Source: an uncultured Chloroflexia bacterium (lineage in GTDB: Bacteria; Chloroflexota; Anaerolineae; CG2-30-64-16). Taken from it: a stretch of DNA of 64,000 nt. Location of the stretch: NCBI GenBank assembly GCA_963774265.1, contig CAVZDU010000001.1:1152001-1216000 (forward strand), written 5' to 3'. A model generated the notes under the pieces. The model was not told where the DNA came from and made no database searches. It saw only the letters and a program-made list of their open reading frames with translations. Made by a program: the position numbers and the translations under genes. Below are positions 29,775 through 40,771 of this stretch, piece by piece (the stretch's first letter is position 1; every line of letters starts with the position of its first letter).

Positions 29775-31471
29775 TGTTACTGCTCAGCGATAATGTCCGC
29801 TAATTGCTCAGCGAAAATGTCCAAGCCGACTGCAAGTCGTTAAGGTGCTGATTGCGATTATGGCAGCGCTTGCCGAGACAAAAGCAGGTGGCCGAGCGCC
29901 CGCTCAGACAGTGACTACTGCTGGCTACGCAGCACGGGGTTTTGCGCTTTGGCCCGATGTAGGGGCGGAAGCCGGCGGCACGGCGAAGAGGCAGAGTGGG
30001 ACGAATCTGGTTCGCCCGCCCTGCCTCCCCTACACCGGGCCTGCGACGGCGCTCGGAGGCGCTCCCCAGCGTTGCTCCTATCCTCCGCGCAGGTTGGGCC
30101 AGTTTAGCACAGGTGGGGCCACCCGTACAGGCTGGGCAACTAGCGCTGGCCATACAGCCACGCCCGCTGTTTCGCCTTGGCGTGCGGTTCAACCGGCAGC
30201 TTGGACCAGGCTGGCTCCGGGGTTGGGGCCGGCCGGGTGGCGGGTGCGGCCAGGAGCGGCCGATAAGTGAGCCGCTGGCGGCCGTGGTAGACATAGATCT
30301 CGCCTTCAGGCACCACATGCACCGTCACCGTCTGGCTAACGAGGCTGGGCTGCGTGCGGCGCGGGCAGGAGTTGCAGCCACTGACCGGCAAAGCGAATGC
30401 AGTGGTCGGCCCGCACTTTGCGAGTTTCGCGCACGGCGAAGTAGTAGGCGTGATCGAAGATGACCGGCAGTGGCACCCAAGCGCTGTCGGGATCGCGTGC
30501 TGGTCTGGCGAAGCGGGCATTGTAGCGCGTCATGAAGCTGGGCAGAAAGGCATTGGCGTCCTGCAAGGTGGTCACGCCCGCCAGACGCAGTTCCTTGGTC
30601 AGACGATCTTGCAGCGTGGCCCACAAACGCTCAATGCGGCCCTTGGCTTGCGGCGAGTGGGCCGTGATCGACTCGATACCCAATTCGGCCATCATGCGTT
30701 GCACCTGGCTCATGGGTGGCTGGCCAGCCAACTCATCGTCGAGCGTCGGCTGTTTCGGTGAGCGCAGGATCGTGTGGCGGTCGTGGTAGATGCTCATGGG
30801 GAGGCCGTAGGTCTCGGCGATGGTCCGCAGCAGGAGCAGATAGCCCACTTGATCCTCCGTTGGCCGAAACAGCAGAAAGAGTACCTGCCCGTCGCATCGT
30901 CAATGGCCCCGATCAAGCTGGCCTTCGGGCCACGTTCTTCCAGCCAAGCGAACGGACTGCCGTCGATTTGCAGCAGCATGCCTTCGGCCGCCCGCCGGAC
31001 CCGGCGGCGACGATGCACCGCCGAAGCCACTGCCACCGACGAGCGCAAGCCCGCCTGACGTAGCAGGCGGTCCAGCGTCGAACGGCCGATGACGATCTGC
31101 TCGACGTGCGCCAGCAGCTCCTGCATGTGGCACACGTTCAGGTCGTGGTACTTGCCGCCCGGCACCGCCAGGGCCAGAATCTGGGCCACCACTTCTGGTG
31201 GGGTGCAATTGGCCGGCGTCCGGTCATGACTACCATGCACGACGACCGCCATACCCTCTTGGCGGAAACGCACCCGCAAACGCCGGACTTGCCGCGTGCT
31301 AACCCCCAGCAGTTCAGCCGCTGTCGCTACGTCCAGGGCCTCAGCCGCCAAGCGGGTCAGTATCTCCGTCTTACGCTGCTGTTCTGGGTTCAAGGTAATT
31401 GTCCTCATCGTTCAAGTATGCGGACATTTTCCCTGAGCAGTTAACCCGGACATTTTCGCTGAGCAGTGACA
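29775..31471 (-). mobile_element. IS1202-like (former ISNCY) insertion sequence with 17-bp target duplication
   Basis: IRs TGTTACTGCTCAGCGATAATGTCCG / rc TGTCACTGCTCAGCGAAAATGTCCG with internally repeated binding motif; DR CACTACCGAATTCGCGC at 29758-29774 and 31472-31488. Confidence 0.88.
30140..31408 (-). CDS. IS1202-like transposase (frameshifted into three pieces)
   Basis: HTH, LQIDGS..WLE, AIDDATG, YHDRH, SPQAKGRIERLWATLQDRL, TRKVRADH. Confidence 0.85.
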
Positions 31472-31488
31472 CACTACCGAATTCGCGC

Positions 31489-31517
31489 TTGACATGAATC
31501 CGTTGGTGTGCTATATT
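31489..31517 (+). promoter_or_regulatory. sigma70 promoter of the T-box/trpB2 transcript
   Basis: TTGACA-N17-TATATT with extended -10 TG. Confidence 0.75.
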
Positions 31518-31542
31518 GACCGCACAATTGAATACGCCACAC

Positions 31543-31898
31543 AAAGGCGATGAACCGGACGAGTACGCATGCATCCACGATGTGGGTGAGCGAGGCGTCA
31601 GAGAGCGGGCCAACTGCTGCGAGGCCCGCGCCAGAGCACGTGCCGAATGGACCGGGGAGCTGCCAGTTGAAAGCATTGCAAGGTGCGAGTAGACCAGGCC
31701 GGAACGCCACCGTTAGCAAGGCGAGGGGATCGGATAGGTCTTCGTGGCAATGATAGCCATGTATGGACCGCGTCCCGTCCCTGCAATGAGTGAGATTGGC
31801 CGCACGATTACTTTCGCGGGATGGCCGATCTAACTGGGGTGGCACCACGGGCGTCTTTTGACCCTCGTCCCCTTTTTGGGGGCGAGGGTTTTCTGTTT
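31543..31898 (+). ncRNA. Tryptophan T-box riboswitch
   Basis: Stem I with GATGAA, AGTA, AGAGA and GCTG motifs; specifier GAA-TGG-A (Trp codon 31648-31650); AGTAG stem II; T-box AACTGGGGTGGCACCACGG (31832-31850); terminator 31861-31898. Confidence 0.9.
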
Positions 31899-31978
31899 AA
31901 CTTCTGGCGGGCAAACCCCTCCCCTCCGCACATCGTCGTATCGGCCCGTCATAATTATTCTACTCGGGAGGGAACACC

Positions 31979-33375
31979 ATGTCACTCGCATCAATCGCCA
32001 ACGGTCTGACCGAAGACTACCGCATCGTCCTGCCCCAGTCGCGCATCCCCACGCACTGGTACAACATCCTGGCCGACATGCCGGTGCCGCATGCCCCGGT
32101 GCTGCACCCCGGCACCCGCCAGCCCGTCGGCCCGGCCGACCTGTCGCGCCGCTCTTCCCGATGGAGCTGATCATGCAGGAGGTCAGCCGCGAACGCTACA
32201 TCCCGATCCCGGACGAAGTGCGCGACATCTACCGGCTGTGGCGGCCCACGCCGCTGATCCGCGCCGTGCGGCTGGAGAAGGCGCTGGACACCCCGGCGCA
32301 CATCTACTACAAGAACGAGAGCGTCAGCCCCAGCGGCAGCCACAAGCTGAACACCGCGGTGCCGCAGGCCTACTACAACAAGCAGGAAGGGATCCAGAGC
32401 ATCGTCCACCGAGACCGGCGCCGGCCAGTGGGGCTGTGCGCTGGCCATCGCGGGCGACATGTTCAAGATGGCCATCGACAGTCTACATGGTGAAGATCAG
32501 CTACCAGCAGAAGCCGTACCGCCGCTCGGTGATGCAGGCCTACGGCGCCACCGTCACCCCCAGCCCGTCGGACCGCACGGCAGCCGGCCGCACGATCCTG
32601 GCGCGGAACCCGAACAGCACCGGCAGCCTGGGCATCGCCATCTCCGAGGCGGTGGAGGTTGCCGCCACGAGCGGCGGCAAGACGAAGTACTCGCTCGGCT
32701 CTGTGCTGAACCACGTCCTGCTGCACCAGACCGTCATCGGCCAGGAGGCGCTGGACGGCATGGCCGAGATCGGCGAGTATCCCGGACGTGGTGATCGGCT
32801 GCGTGGGCGGCGGCTCGAACTTCGGCGGGATCGCCTTCCCGTTCTTGCACAAGACGCTGACCGAAGGGGTGAAGACCAGGTTCCTGGCCATCGAGCCGGC
32901 TTCCTGCCCCACGCTTGACCCGGGGCACGTACACCTACGACTTCGGCGACACCGTCGGGCTTGACCCCGCTGGTCAAGATGTACACCCTGGGCCACGACT
33001 TCGTGCCGGCATCGATCCACGCCGGCGGCCTGCGCTATCACGGTATGTCCCCGATCATCTCAGCGCTGGTGAACGCCGGCTACATCGAGCCGCGCGCCTA
33101 CGGGCAGAACCAATGCTTCGAGGCGGCGATCATGTTCGCCCGCAACGAGGGGATCATCCCCGCGCCGGAGACCAGCCACGCCATCCGCGCGGCGATCGAC
33201 GAGGCGCTGGCCGCCAAGGAGACGGGCGAGAAGAAGGTGATCCTGTTCAACCTGTCGGGCCACGGCCACTTCGACATGGCCGCCTACGACGCCTACCTGG
33301 CCGGCCAGCTGACCGACAACGGCTTCTCCGCAGAGGCGATGGCGAAGTCGCTGGCGCCGTGCCGCAAGTGCGTAA
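31979..33375 (+). CDS. trpB2: TrpB2-type tryptophan synthase beta / indole salvage PLP enzyme (several apparent indels)
   Basis: [62 protein letters not shown]; end approximate. Confidence 0.92.
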
Positions 33376-33526
33376 CGGACGATGGACGATCGACTACCGA
33401 CGACAGGCCGACACTGACGGTCTGTCGTCCGTTTTTGACATTCGGCGTCGTTTTCGCGGATAATAGCAGCAGGAAGTCATTCTCGGCGCCGCGCGGCGCC
33501 GAGTTCTTTGAAGAGGGGGGAATTCG

Positions 33527-33725
33527 ATGGCTCAAGCAACTAAGATGGGTGCGGACACCGCAACCTTGGAGAAACGCCGCAAGGCACTGACCGGCCACAA
33601 TGTGCACCAAGTGCGGGCAGGATGTCGCGTTCGGCGATCTGCTGATGGTGAAGGTGATGCAGATGGAAGAAGGCCGGCCGCGTTCGCACCAGGTGATTTA
33701 TCATCGCAAGTGCTACACGATCTAG
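33527..33725 (+). CDS. Small putative zinc-finger protein (about 65 aa; apparent indel near 33598)
   Basis: [14 protein letters not shown] / [41 protein letters not shown]; RBS upstream, hairpin downstream. Confidence 0.6.
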
Positions 33726-33748
33726 GCTGTCCTGCCAGCTCACAAGAG

Positions 33749-33781
33749 ACGCGCTTCCTTGACAAGAGGAGCGCGTTTTTG
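33749..33781. terminator. Intrinsic terminator
   Basis: ACGCGCTTCCTTGACAAGAGGAGCGCGTTTTT. Confidence 0.6.
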
Positions 33782-33782
33782 T

Positions 33783-34541
33783 TTACTGTTCTCGTGCCCT
33801 TTGGAACCCCATCAAGGTTGACGCGATCATCCAGAGGATGGACCCCACTACCACGTTCACGATGACGGTGAGCAGGAAAGCGAGGGTCAACACCCGGAGC
33901 GCGTCGAGGATGTTGGCGCGCAGGGCCACGTCAAAGAAGCTGAAAGCGCCTAACACCCACGCAATAAGCAGCACGCCGCTCACGTAGAGGCTGGCCAACA
34001 GCCACGGTTTCCGATCGGCCCGGCTGGGCATCATGGCATTGCTGACCGTGAAGATGACATAGAGCCACAGCCAGAAATCCGGTGTTTGCGGCATGGTGCG
34101 CACACTGCGAAGGAAGCCATTCCAGCCTTCAACATTCCACATGCGACCCAGTGTGCCGACGTCGAACACTGTATAGCTGACGAGAAGCAATACACTTGTT
34201 CCGGCCACGAACGGCGCCACGCCTACCAGGCTATCGCGGATCGTCCCGCCCGAATATACGCTGACCGAACCCAACTCGATCGAGTTGGAGTTTTTGCGTT
34301 TTCGAGGCCCAAGCCGGAAGTCGGTCACCTTGACGCCGAGCACCTTGGCCGTCACAAAATGGCTGAGCTCATGGAGGAGGATGCCGGGGAACATCAGCAG
34401 GTAGTAGCCAATCATCGTGATGTTTTCGTCGCCACTGAGCAGCCAGCCGATGGTCTGAACCTGGCGCGTCACCCAGCGGCCCAGTTGGATCAGCACAACC
34501 AGGGTAACGGAGAAGACTATTGATTGGGAGAGCAGGGACAT
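33783..34541 (-). CDS. Membrane protein with HExxH motif (M50-like metalloprotease)
   Basis: FPGILLHELSHF, VGVAP, NAMMPSRAD, several TM helices. Confidence 0.7.
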   Translation of the reverse strand: MSLLSQSIVFSVTLVVLIQLGRWVTRQVQTIGWLLSGDENITMIGYYLLMFPGILLHELSHFVTAKVLGVKVTDFRLGPRKRKNSNSIELGSVSVYSGGTIRDSLVGVAPFVAGTSVLLLVSYTVFDVGTLGRMWNVEGWNGFLRSVRTMPQTPDFWLWLYVIFTVSNAMMPSRADRKPWLLASLYVSGVLLIAWVLGAFSFFDVALRANILDALRVLTLAFLLTVIVNVVVGSILWMIASTLMGFQRAREQ

Positions 34542-34567
34542 GCAGGCTTGAGCTTTCCGAGGGAATC

Positions 34568-34597
34568 GTAGGGGCGCGCTGCGCAGCCCACCCCTAC
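34568..34597. repeat. GTAG-type REP-like palindrome
   Basis: GTAGGGGCGCGCTGCGCAGCCCACCCCTAC. Confidence 0.6.
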
Positions 34598-34605
34598 CTG
34601 TGTGA

Positions 34606-35367
34606 CTACTGCTTGCTGGTGATCCGCACCATCTCAGAGAATCCGTCGAGCTTGAGGCTGGCGCCACCGATGAGGGCGCCGTCGATGTCTGGCATGCTCA
34701 TCAACTCGCCGATGTTCTTCTCGTTGGCACTGCCGCCATATTGAATCCGGATGCTTTGCGCGACCGCTTCGCCGTACAGTTCGGCCAGCGCACCGCGCAC
34801 CACAATGCCGCACACTCGGTTGGCCACGGCTGATGTCGCCGTCTTGCCAGTGCCGATAGCCCAGATCGGTTCGTAGGCCACGACAGTTTTCTGCGCCTCC
34901 TCTGCGGTGATGCCCGAAAACGCAGCACGAACCTGGCCACTGACGAACTCATCGGTTTCTCCGCGCTCGTTCTGCGCCAGGTTCTCACCCACGCAGACAA
35001 TGGGGATCAGGCCATGCACCAGTGCGGCCTTGATCTTCTTGTTCACGCTTTCGTCGGTCTCAGCGAAGTATTCGCGGCGCTCTGAGTGGCCGATGATCAC
35101 GTACTCAGCCAATCCTTTGAGCATCGATGCTGAAACCTCGCCCGTGTACGCACCGCTATCAGCCCAATGCAGGTTCTGTGCGCCGACGCCGATCCTCACG
35201 CCAGCCAGCGCATCGGCCACGCCGGGCAAGGCTACGAAGGGCACGCACACAACAACTTCAACGTTCTCGTACTTGGTGATCAGCGGGCGCAGCGCCCGCA
35301 CGAACTCGACGGCCTCGGCTGGCGTCTTGTTCATCTTCCAGTTGCCGGCCAGAATGGATTTTCGCAT
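34606..35367 (-). CDS. tpiA: Triosephosphate isomerase
   Basis: [33 protein letters not shown]. Confidence 0.98.
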   Translation of the reverse strand: MRKSILAGNWKMNKTPAEAVEFVRALRPLITKYENVEVVVCVPFVALPGVADALAGVRIGVGAQNLHWADSGAYTGEVSASMLKGLAEYVIIGHSERREYFAETDESVNKKIKAALVHGLIPIVCVGENLAQNERGETDEFVSGQVRAAFSGITAEEAQKTVVAYEPIWAIGTGKTATSAVANRVCGIVVRGALAELYGEAVAQSIRIQYGGSANEKNIGELMSMPDIDGALIGGASLKLDGFSEMVRITSKQ

Positions 35368-35400
35368 GGATCACTCCTCGATTATGTGGTGGTTCAGACC

Positions 35401-35796
35401 CTACTCGCCGCGTTCCGCCCTCAGGCGCGCCTGTTCTGCCTGCCATTGAGCGAGCAAGACCGGATATTCCTCCGACGTGATGAGCTTGCCTCCGGCCGCG
35501 TCGCTATCCAGCACCGCCTTCTTTGCCTTATCGAAATGCAGCGTGACTTCCACTGTCTGGAAGCAGTAGTACTTTCCGCTCCCCGTCAGCCCCTTACGAA
35601 CGAGCCACGTCCCGTCATCCTCTTGGCTAGCATCGTTGCGCAGGTCGATGCGTGTGCGCAGCGGCTCACCACACCGACGGCATTGAGCGTAGGTCCAATA
35701 GATCCAGTCTTCATCTCCGAAACCGCTGCGGCCACCGCCACTGGACGCGGTTGATTTGCCGCTCAACACCTTCTTCAGACTGTCCAGAAAGCCCAT
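35401..35796 (-). CDS. Hypothetical protein with CxxC motif
   Basis: MGFLDSLKK amphipathic start, CRRCGE, CFQ; AGGAG RBS; lies within the gap-pgk-tpi operon. Confidence 0.7.
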   Translation of the reverse strand: MGFLDSLKKVLSGKSTASSGGGRSGFGDEDWIYWTYAQCRRCGEPLRTRIDLRNDASQEDDGTWLVRKGLTGSGKYYCFQTVEVTLHFDKAKKAVLDSDAAGGKLITSEEYPVLLAQWQAEQARLRAERGE

Positions 35797-35917
35797 GCTC
35801 TGCTCCTCTCGTGTACGCGCACCCGAAGCGCGGCGGCGTGGCACAGTTATGAAATGCCCGCTGGGATGATGGTCCGCAGCGGGCAGTGTATCACAAGACG
35901 GCGGGGCGGCCGCGGAC

Positions 35918-37098
35918 CTACTTGTCGTTCAGCGCGGCCACGCCCGGCAGCTCCTTGCCTTCGAGGAACTCCAGAGATCGCGCCGCCGCCGGTGGAGACG
36001 TGCGTCATCTTCTTGGCGACGCCTGCCTTCTTGACCGCGCTGGCGCTGTCACCGCCGCCGATGACGGTGGTGGCGCCGATCTCTGCCAGCAGCCTGGCGA
36101 TGGCGAAGGTGCCCTCGGCGAACTTCGGCATCTCGAACACACCCATCGGGCCGTTCCAGACGACCAGTTTGGCGGTCTTGAGCATATCGCCGAACAGCTG
36201 CGATGCTCTTCGGGACCGATGTCCATGATGCGCCAGCCCGCGGGCACCTTGTCGACATCGACGACCTGGCTGTTGGCCTCGGCGTCGAACTTGTCGGCCA
36301 CGACCGCATCCACCGGCAGCAGCAGCTTGTCGCCGGCCTTGGCCATGATGGCCTTGGCGGTTTCGACGGAGCTGGCCTCCACCAGGCTGTCGGCCATGTC
36401 GTAGCCTTTGGCCTGCCAGGAAGGTGTTCGCCATGCCGCCGCCGATGATCAGCGTGTCGCACTTGGCCAGCAGGTTCTCGACGACCAGGATCTTGTCGCT
36501 GATCTTGGCGCCGCCCAGGATGGCGACGTACGGTCGGGCCGGGTTGTCGGTGGCCCGGCCCAGGTACTCCAGCTCTTGCTCCATCAGGAAGCCGGAGACC
36601 GCGGGCAGGAAGCGCGCCACACCTTCGGTGGAGGCATGCGCACGGTGCGCCGAGCCGAACGCGTCGTTGACGTAGACATCGCCCAGCCCGCCATCTGCTT
36701 GGCCAAGTGCGAGATCGTTCTTTTCCTCGCCTTGTGGAAGCGCGTGTTTTCCAGCATCAGCACGTCGCCGGGCTTCAGCGCCTCAGCCATCGTCTCGACC
36801 TCGGGGCCGACGCAATCGGGCGCCATCTGCACCGGCTTGCCCAGCAGCTTGCCCAGCGCCTCGGCCGCGGCCTTCAGGCTGAACTCGGGATCGAACCCGG
36901 TGCCCTTGGGCCGACCCAGGTGGCTCATCAGGATCAGCGACGCGCCCTGCTCCAGAACGTATTGGATGGTAGGCAGCGCCGCGCGGATACGCTTGTCGTC
37001 GGTCACGACGCCTGCTCAGCCATCGGCACATTGAAATCGACGCGCATGAGCACGCGTTTGCCCTTCAGATCGATGTCGCGAACGGTTTTCTTGTTCAT
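35918..37098 (-). CDS. pgk: Phosphoglycerate kinase (many apparent indels)
   Basis: [47 protein letters not shown]. Confidence 0.95.
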
Positions 37099-37160
37099 GG
37101 ATCCTCGACGAGACAAAGACGTCAGGAGACGATGGTCACTGTCCATGTCCATCGTCGTAG

Positions 37161-38217
37161 TTACAGCTTGCCCGCCATCATGGCGGCGAGGTCCGCCGTG
37201 CGGACGCTGTAGCCCCATTCGTTGTCGTACCAGGTGACGACCTTGATGAAGTCGTTCTTTTCCTTGCCGAGCACCATGGTGAACGGCAGGTCAACCGACG
37301 AGCTGTGGGGATCGCCCTTGTAGTCGATGGAGACCAACGGCTCATCCACTGCGGCCAGGATGCCCTTCATGGGGCCGGCAGCCGCGTCGCGGAAGGCCTG
37401 GCGCAGCTCCTCGGTGGTGGTCGGCTTTTCGATCTGGGCGGTGAAGTCTACAACCGAGACGGTCGAGGTCGGCACACGCAGCGCATAACCGTCGAACTTG
37501 CCCTTCAGGTCGGGGATGACCAACGCGACGGCCTTGGCGGCGCCGGTGGTCGTCGGGATGATGCTCATGGCGGCGGCGCGTGCCCGGCGCAGATCGCTGT
37601 GGGGCATGTCCAGGATTTTCTGGTCGTTGGTATACGCGTGGATCGTGGTCATCAAGCCGCGCATGATGCTTGAAGTTGTCGTTGACGACCTTGGCTGCGG
37701 GCGCCAGACAGTTGGTGGTGCAGGAGGCGTTGGAGACGACATTGTGATTTACGGGATCGTACTTGTCATCGTTCACACCCATGACGATGGTGATATCCTC
37801 ACCCTCGGAGGGGGCGGAAATGATGACTTTCTTGGCGCCGCCCTTGGTGATGTGGTTCTCGGCGCCCTGGACGGTCTTGCCTTTCTTATTGACGCCGTCT
37901 TTCTTGATCGTGAAGAGGCCGGTTGACTCGACCACGATTTCGACACCCATATCACCCCATGGGATTTTGCCGGGATCGGTCTCCTTGAATGTTCTGACGG
38001 GCTTGCCGTCGATCAGCAAGCCGTTCTTCCTGAACCTCACTGTACCGTCGAAGCGTCCGTAGTTGCAGTCGTACTTCAGCAGATGCGCCATGGTCTTCAG
38101 ATCGCCGATGTCGTTGAACGCCACGACCTCGAGTGCGTTGCCGTGGTAATCGCGAATCGCCTTGAGAACCTGTCGCCCGATGCGGCCGAAACCGTTGATA
38201 CCAACTCGAACTGCCAT
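37161..38217 (-). CDS. gap: Type I glyceraldehyde-3-phosphate dehydrogenase (apparent indel near 37665)
   Basis: [35 protein letters not shown]. Confidence 0.97.
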
Positions 38218-38275
38218 ACGTAGAACCTCCTTATGCGATGCCGCTCAGATTAAATCGGATTAGAATCGACCACGA

Positions 38276-38845
38276 TCAGTCGAACTCTCGCTGGTCAAAT
38301 TGTACTGCTGCCCGGTAGTTGCGATCCAGCCGCTCGTACAGGCGGCCATTCTCGATGGCCAGGGCGCTGAGGCTGGCGATGGCTTCGGCCAACTCGCGCT
38401 CCTCCTCGCTGAATATGTGGACCTCGTCGGTGTAAACACGCAGTACGCCGATGGACAGGTCTTGCACTCGCAGGGCTGCCACCAGCACCGACACAATGCC
38501 TTCCTCCCGTGCTTCACCAGGGTACTGGAAGCGAGGATCGCTGCGCGCATCCTCGATCATTACCGGTTGGCCGCTCTGTAACGCCAGCTGGTCAATCTTA
38601 CTATTCGCTACGAGCACCGGTCCCTTGGCCCGATAGCCGGCACTTAGACCGTGCGCCGCACCGAACATCAGGTGCTTGCCATCGGGCCCTAACAGGCGAA
38701 GCGAGCACGCCCTGGCCTCGAGTGCTTCTGTGGTAGAGACAACGATGGTTTGTAGGACCTGCATGATATCAAGCGAGGAGTTAACGGTACGCGCTACATG
38801 ATAAAGGGTTTGGAAGGGGCGTCCGGAAGGCCCTATTGTGATCAT
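38276..38845 (-). CDS. Stand-alone GAF-domain protein
   Basis: NSSLD..L, EDARSDPRF, IGVLRVY, FSEEE, ALAIENGRLY. Confidence 0.8.
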   Translation of the reverse strand: MITIGPSGRPFQTLYHVARTVNSSLDIMQVLQTIVVSTTEALEARACSLRLLGPDGKHLMFGAAHGLSAGYRAKGPVLVANSKIDQLALQSGQPVMIEDARSDPRFQYPGEAREEGIVSVLVAALRVQDLSIGVLRVYTDEVHIFSEEERELAEAIASLSALAIENGRLYERLDRNYRAAVQFDQREFD

Positions 38846-38859
38846 AGCAGCCGTTCCTC

Positions 38860-40149
38860 CTAATCGCCGATCAGCGCCATGAGCGCTTGGGCAAGTTTGA
38901 TGGGATCGTGACGCCAGGGATACTGCCTATCGACCAGATCGGCCAGGATCAGACGGTATTCACCTGGCTCACCCTCCGGCGGGTGCACCCACTCCGCACC
39001 GCCACCCAACGACCTGTCGGTCATCACATTCCCATTCGCAAGCACGATAGAGAAAACGTCGCGACCGACATGGCTTGTCAGAGCTTCAACGTGGTCGGTG
39101 ACATTGTACCCAGTCGTTTCGCCTGCCTGGGTGGCGACGTTGCACACGTAAACTTTGAGCGCTGATGCGGACTGAAGCGCCGCGCGAAGATCCTGCACCA
39201 ACAGGTTCGGGAGCACGCTGGTATACAGGCTGCCTGGCCCAATCACAATCAAGTCCGCATCCAGGATCGCCCGGATTGCCTTCGGATATGCCGGCGCATC
39301 TCCGGGTTGCAGATAAACTCGCTGGATGCGACCGTTGGCGTGACCGATGTTGGACTCGCCATGCACCTGCGTTACCCGTGACCCACCGTTCGCCTGGATC
39401 AACTCGGGAGACAACACCTCAGCCGTCAATGTTAACTGCGTCAAGGTGGAAGGCATGACCCGTCCCCGCACGGCCAGCACCCGGCTAGACTCTTCCAAGG
39501 CTGCCTCGAAGCTGCCGGTGATCGCTGTCATAGCGGTCAGATACAGGTTGCCGAAGCTGTGGCCGTCGAGATCGGTGTTTTCTGCGAAACGGTACTGAAA
39601 AAGCTGAGAAACCAGCCCTTCGGCATCGGACAGTGCTGCCAGGCAATTGCGGAAGTCGCCCGGCGGCAACATCCCCAGCTCTCGACGCAGTCGACCGCTG
39701 GAACCTCCGTCGTCGGCGACGGTGACAATGGCTGTTATGTTGTCGGTCTGTTTTTTGAGACCACGCAGCAAGGTGTTCAGCCCGTGTCCGCCGCCGATGG
39801 CCACAACCTTGGGTCCACGCTGGCGCTGCCGATGGCGGTACACAACATCAACCACCTCGGCTTGATCGCTATGTCGGAACGCTGACAAAAGTGTGCGGTT
39901 CAGCTCAAAAACGGCGACCGCAACAACGACCAGCCCCACTCCCAGGAGGGTGACGACCTCAGCTATCGGGTTGACATGGGGGGTGTGGAGCCGCTGAAAG
40001 AAGCTCCAGACACCGGAGATGCGCGGTAGCCCGGTGACGGCCAGAACAAGGAGCATGAGACCGACAGCGAGCAGGGCCAACCAGCGCTTGACGCCCATCC
40101 CGGGGCGCAACCACTTCCACTGGCTGAATCGTCTCACCCACCGCCCCAT
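38860..40149 (-). CDS. yvcK: YvcK/GlmR (CofD-like) gluconeogenesis factor with N-terminal TM segments
   Basis: PGMGVKRW, GGGHGL, VADDGGSSG, PPGDFRN, GHSFGN, GPGSLYTS, RHD. Confidence 0.9.
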   Translation of the reverse strand: MGRWVRRFSQWKWLRPGMGVKRWLALLAVGLMLLVLAVTGLPRISGVWSFFQRLHTPHVNPIAEVVTLLGVGLVVVAVAVFELNRTLLSAFRHSDQAEVVDVVYRHRQRQRGPKVVAIGGGHGLNTLLRGLKKQTDNITAIVTVADDGGSSGRLRRELGMLPPGDFRNCLAALSDAEGLVSQLFQYRFAENTDLDGHSFGNLYLTAMTAITGSFEAALEESSRVLAVRGRVMPSTLTQLTLTAEVLSPELIQANGGSRVTQVHGESNIGHANGRIQRVYLQPGDAPAYPKAIRAILDADLIVIGPGSLYTSVLPNLLVQDLRAALQSASALKVYVCNVATQAGETTGYNVTDHVEALTSHVGRDVFSIVLANGNVMTDRSLGGGAEWVHPPEGEPGEYRLILADLVDRQYPWRHDPIKLAQALMALIGD

Positions 40150-40326
40150 CGCCACCTCGTGCACAATCTGTAACAGTATAGTCGAGAGAGACGCGAAAGT
40201 CAAAGCTACAACGCTTATTTCTTCGTGCAATTTGACACGAACGGGCCTTAAGAGTAGCAGGTGAGCGTTTGATTTGCGGCAGGATACGCATGGGTGCGGG
40301 CCGCCGCGACATTAGAAAGGAGAAAA

Positions 40327-40695
40327 ATGAAGCAGCAAATTGCAGTCAAGCCGCGTGATGGTTTCACAACCAGCCTCGGCGTCATCGCAGCCACGCTTGG
40401 TTCGGCGATTGGATTGGGCAACATCTGGAAGTTCCCATCCCTTACGGGTACAAATGGCGGTGCAGCGTTCCTGGTCTTGTATCTCGCGTGCACCCTGCTT
40501 GTGGGCTTGCCCGTCATGATCTCTGGGTTGGCCCTTGGGCGATGGGCGCGCAGCGAGGCAGTGGCTACGTTGTCCAACGATGGAATGCTGCACAACCGGC
40601 GGATGGTGCGGCTGACCCTGGGGGTAGTGAAGTTCGTGACGCCTGTGCTCGTGTTTGTGGTGTTGTTGAGCGGCTTGGGGGTAATCAAGCTGTAG
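40327..40695 (+). pseudogene. Internally deleted sodium-dependent (NSS/SNF) transporter
   Basis: GSAIGLGNIWKFP..NGGAAFL (TM1-2) joined in frame to a C-terminal KFVTP helix; 122 aa versus about 450 aa typical. Confidence 0.75.
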
Positions 40696-40771
40696 TCAGA
40701 TGTGGGGCCTGGCCACCTGGTCTGGCCCCGCATCTCTGCTCCCGATTATCGCACGATATTATCGCACTACA

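Noticed and set aside
35918-38217. pgk and gap as pseudogenes or programmed frameshifts
   Set aside because: Essential genes with intact motifs, scattered single-base indels and no slippery-site pattern; sequencing error is more likely.
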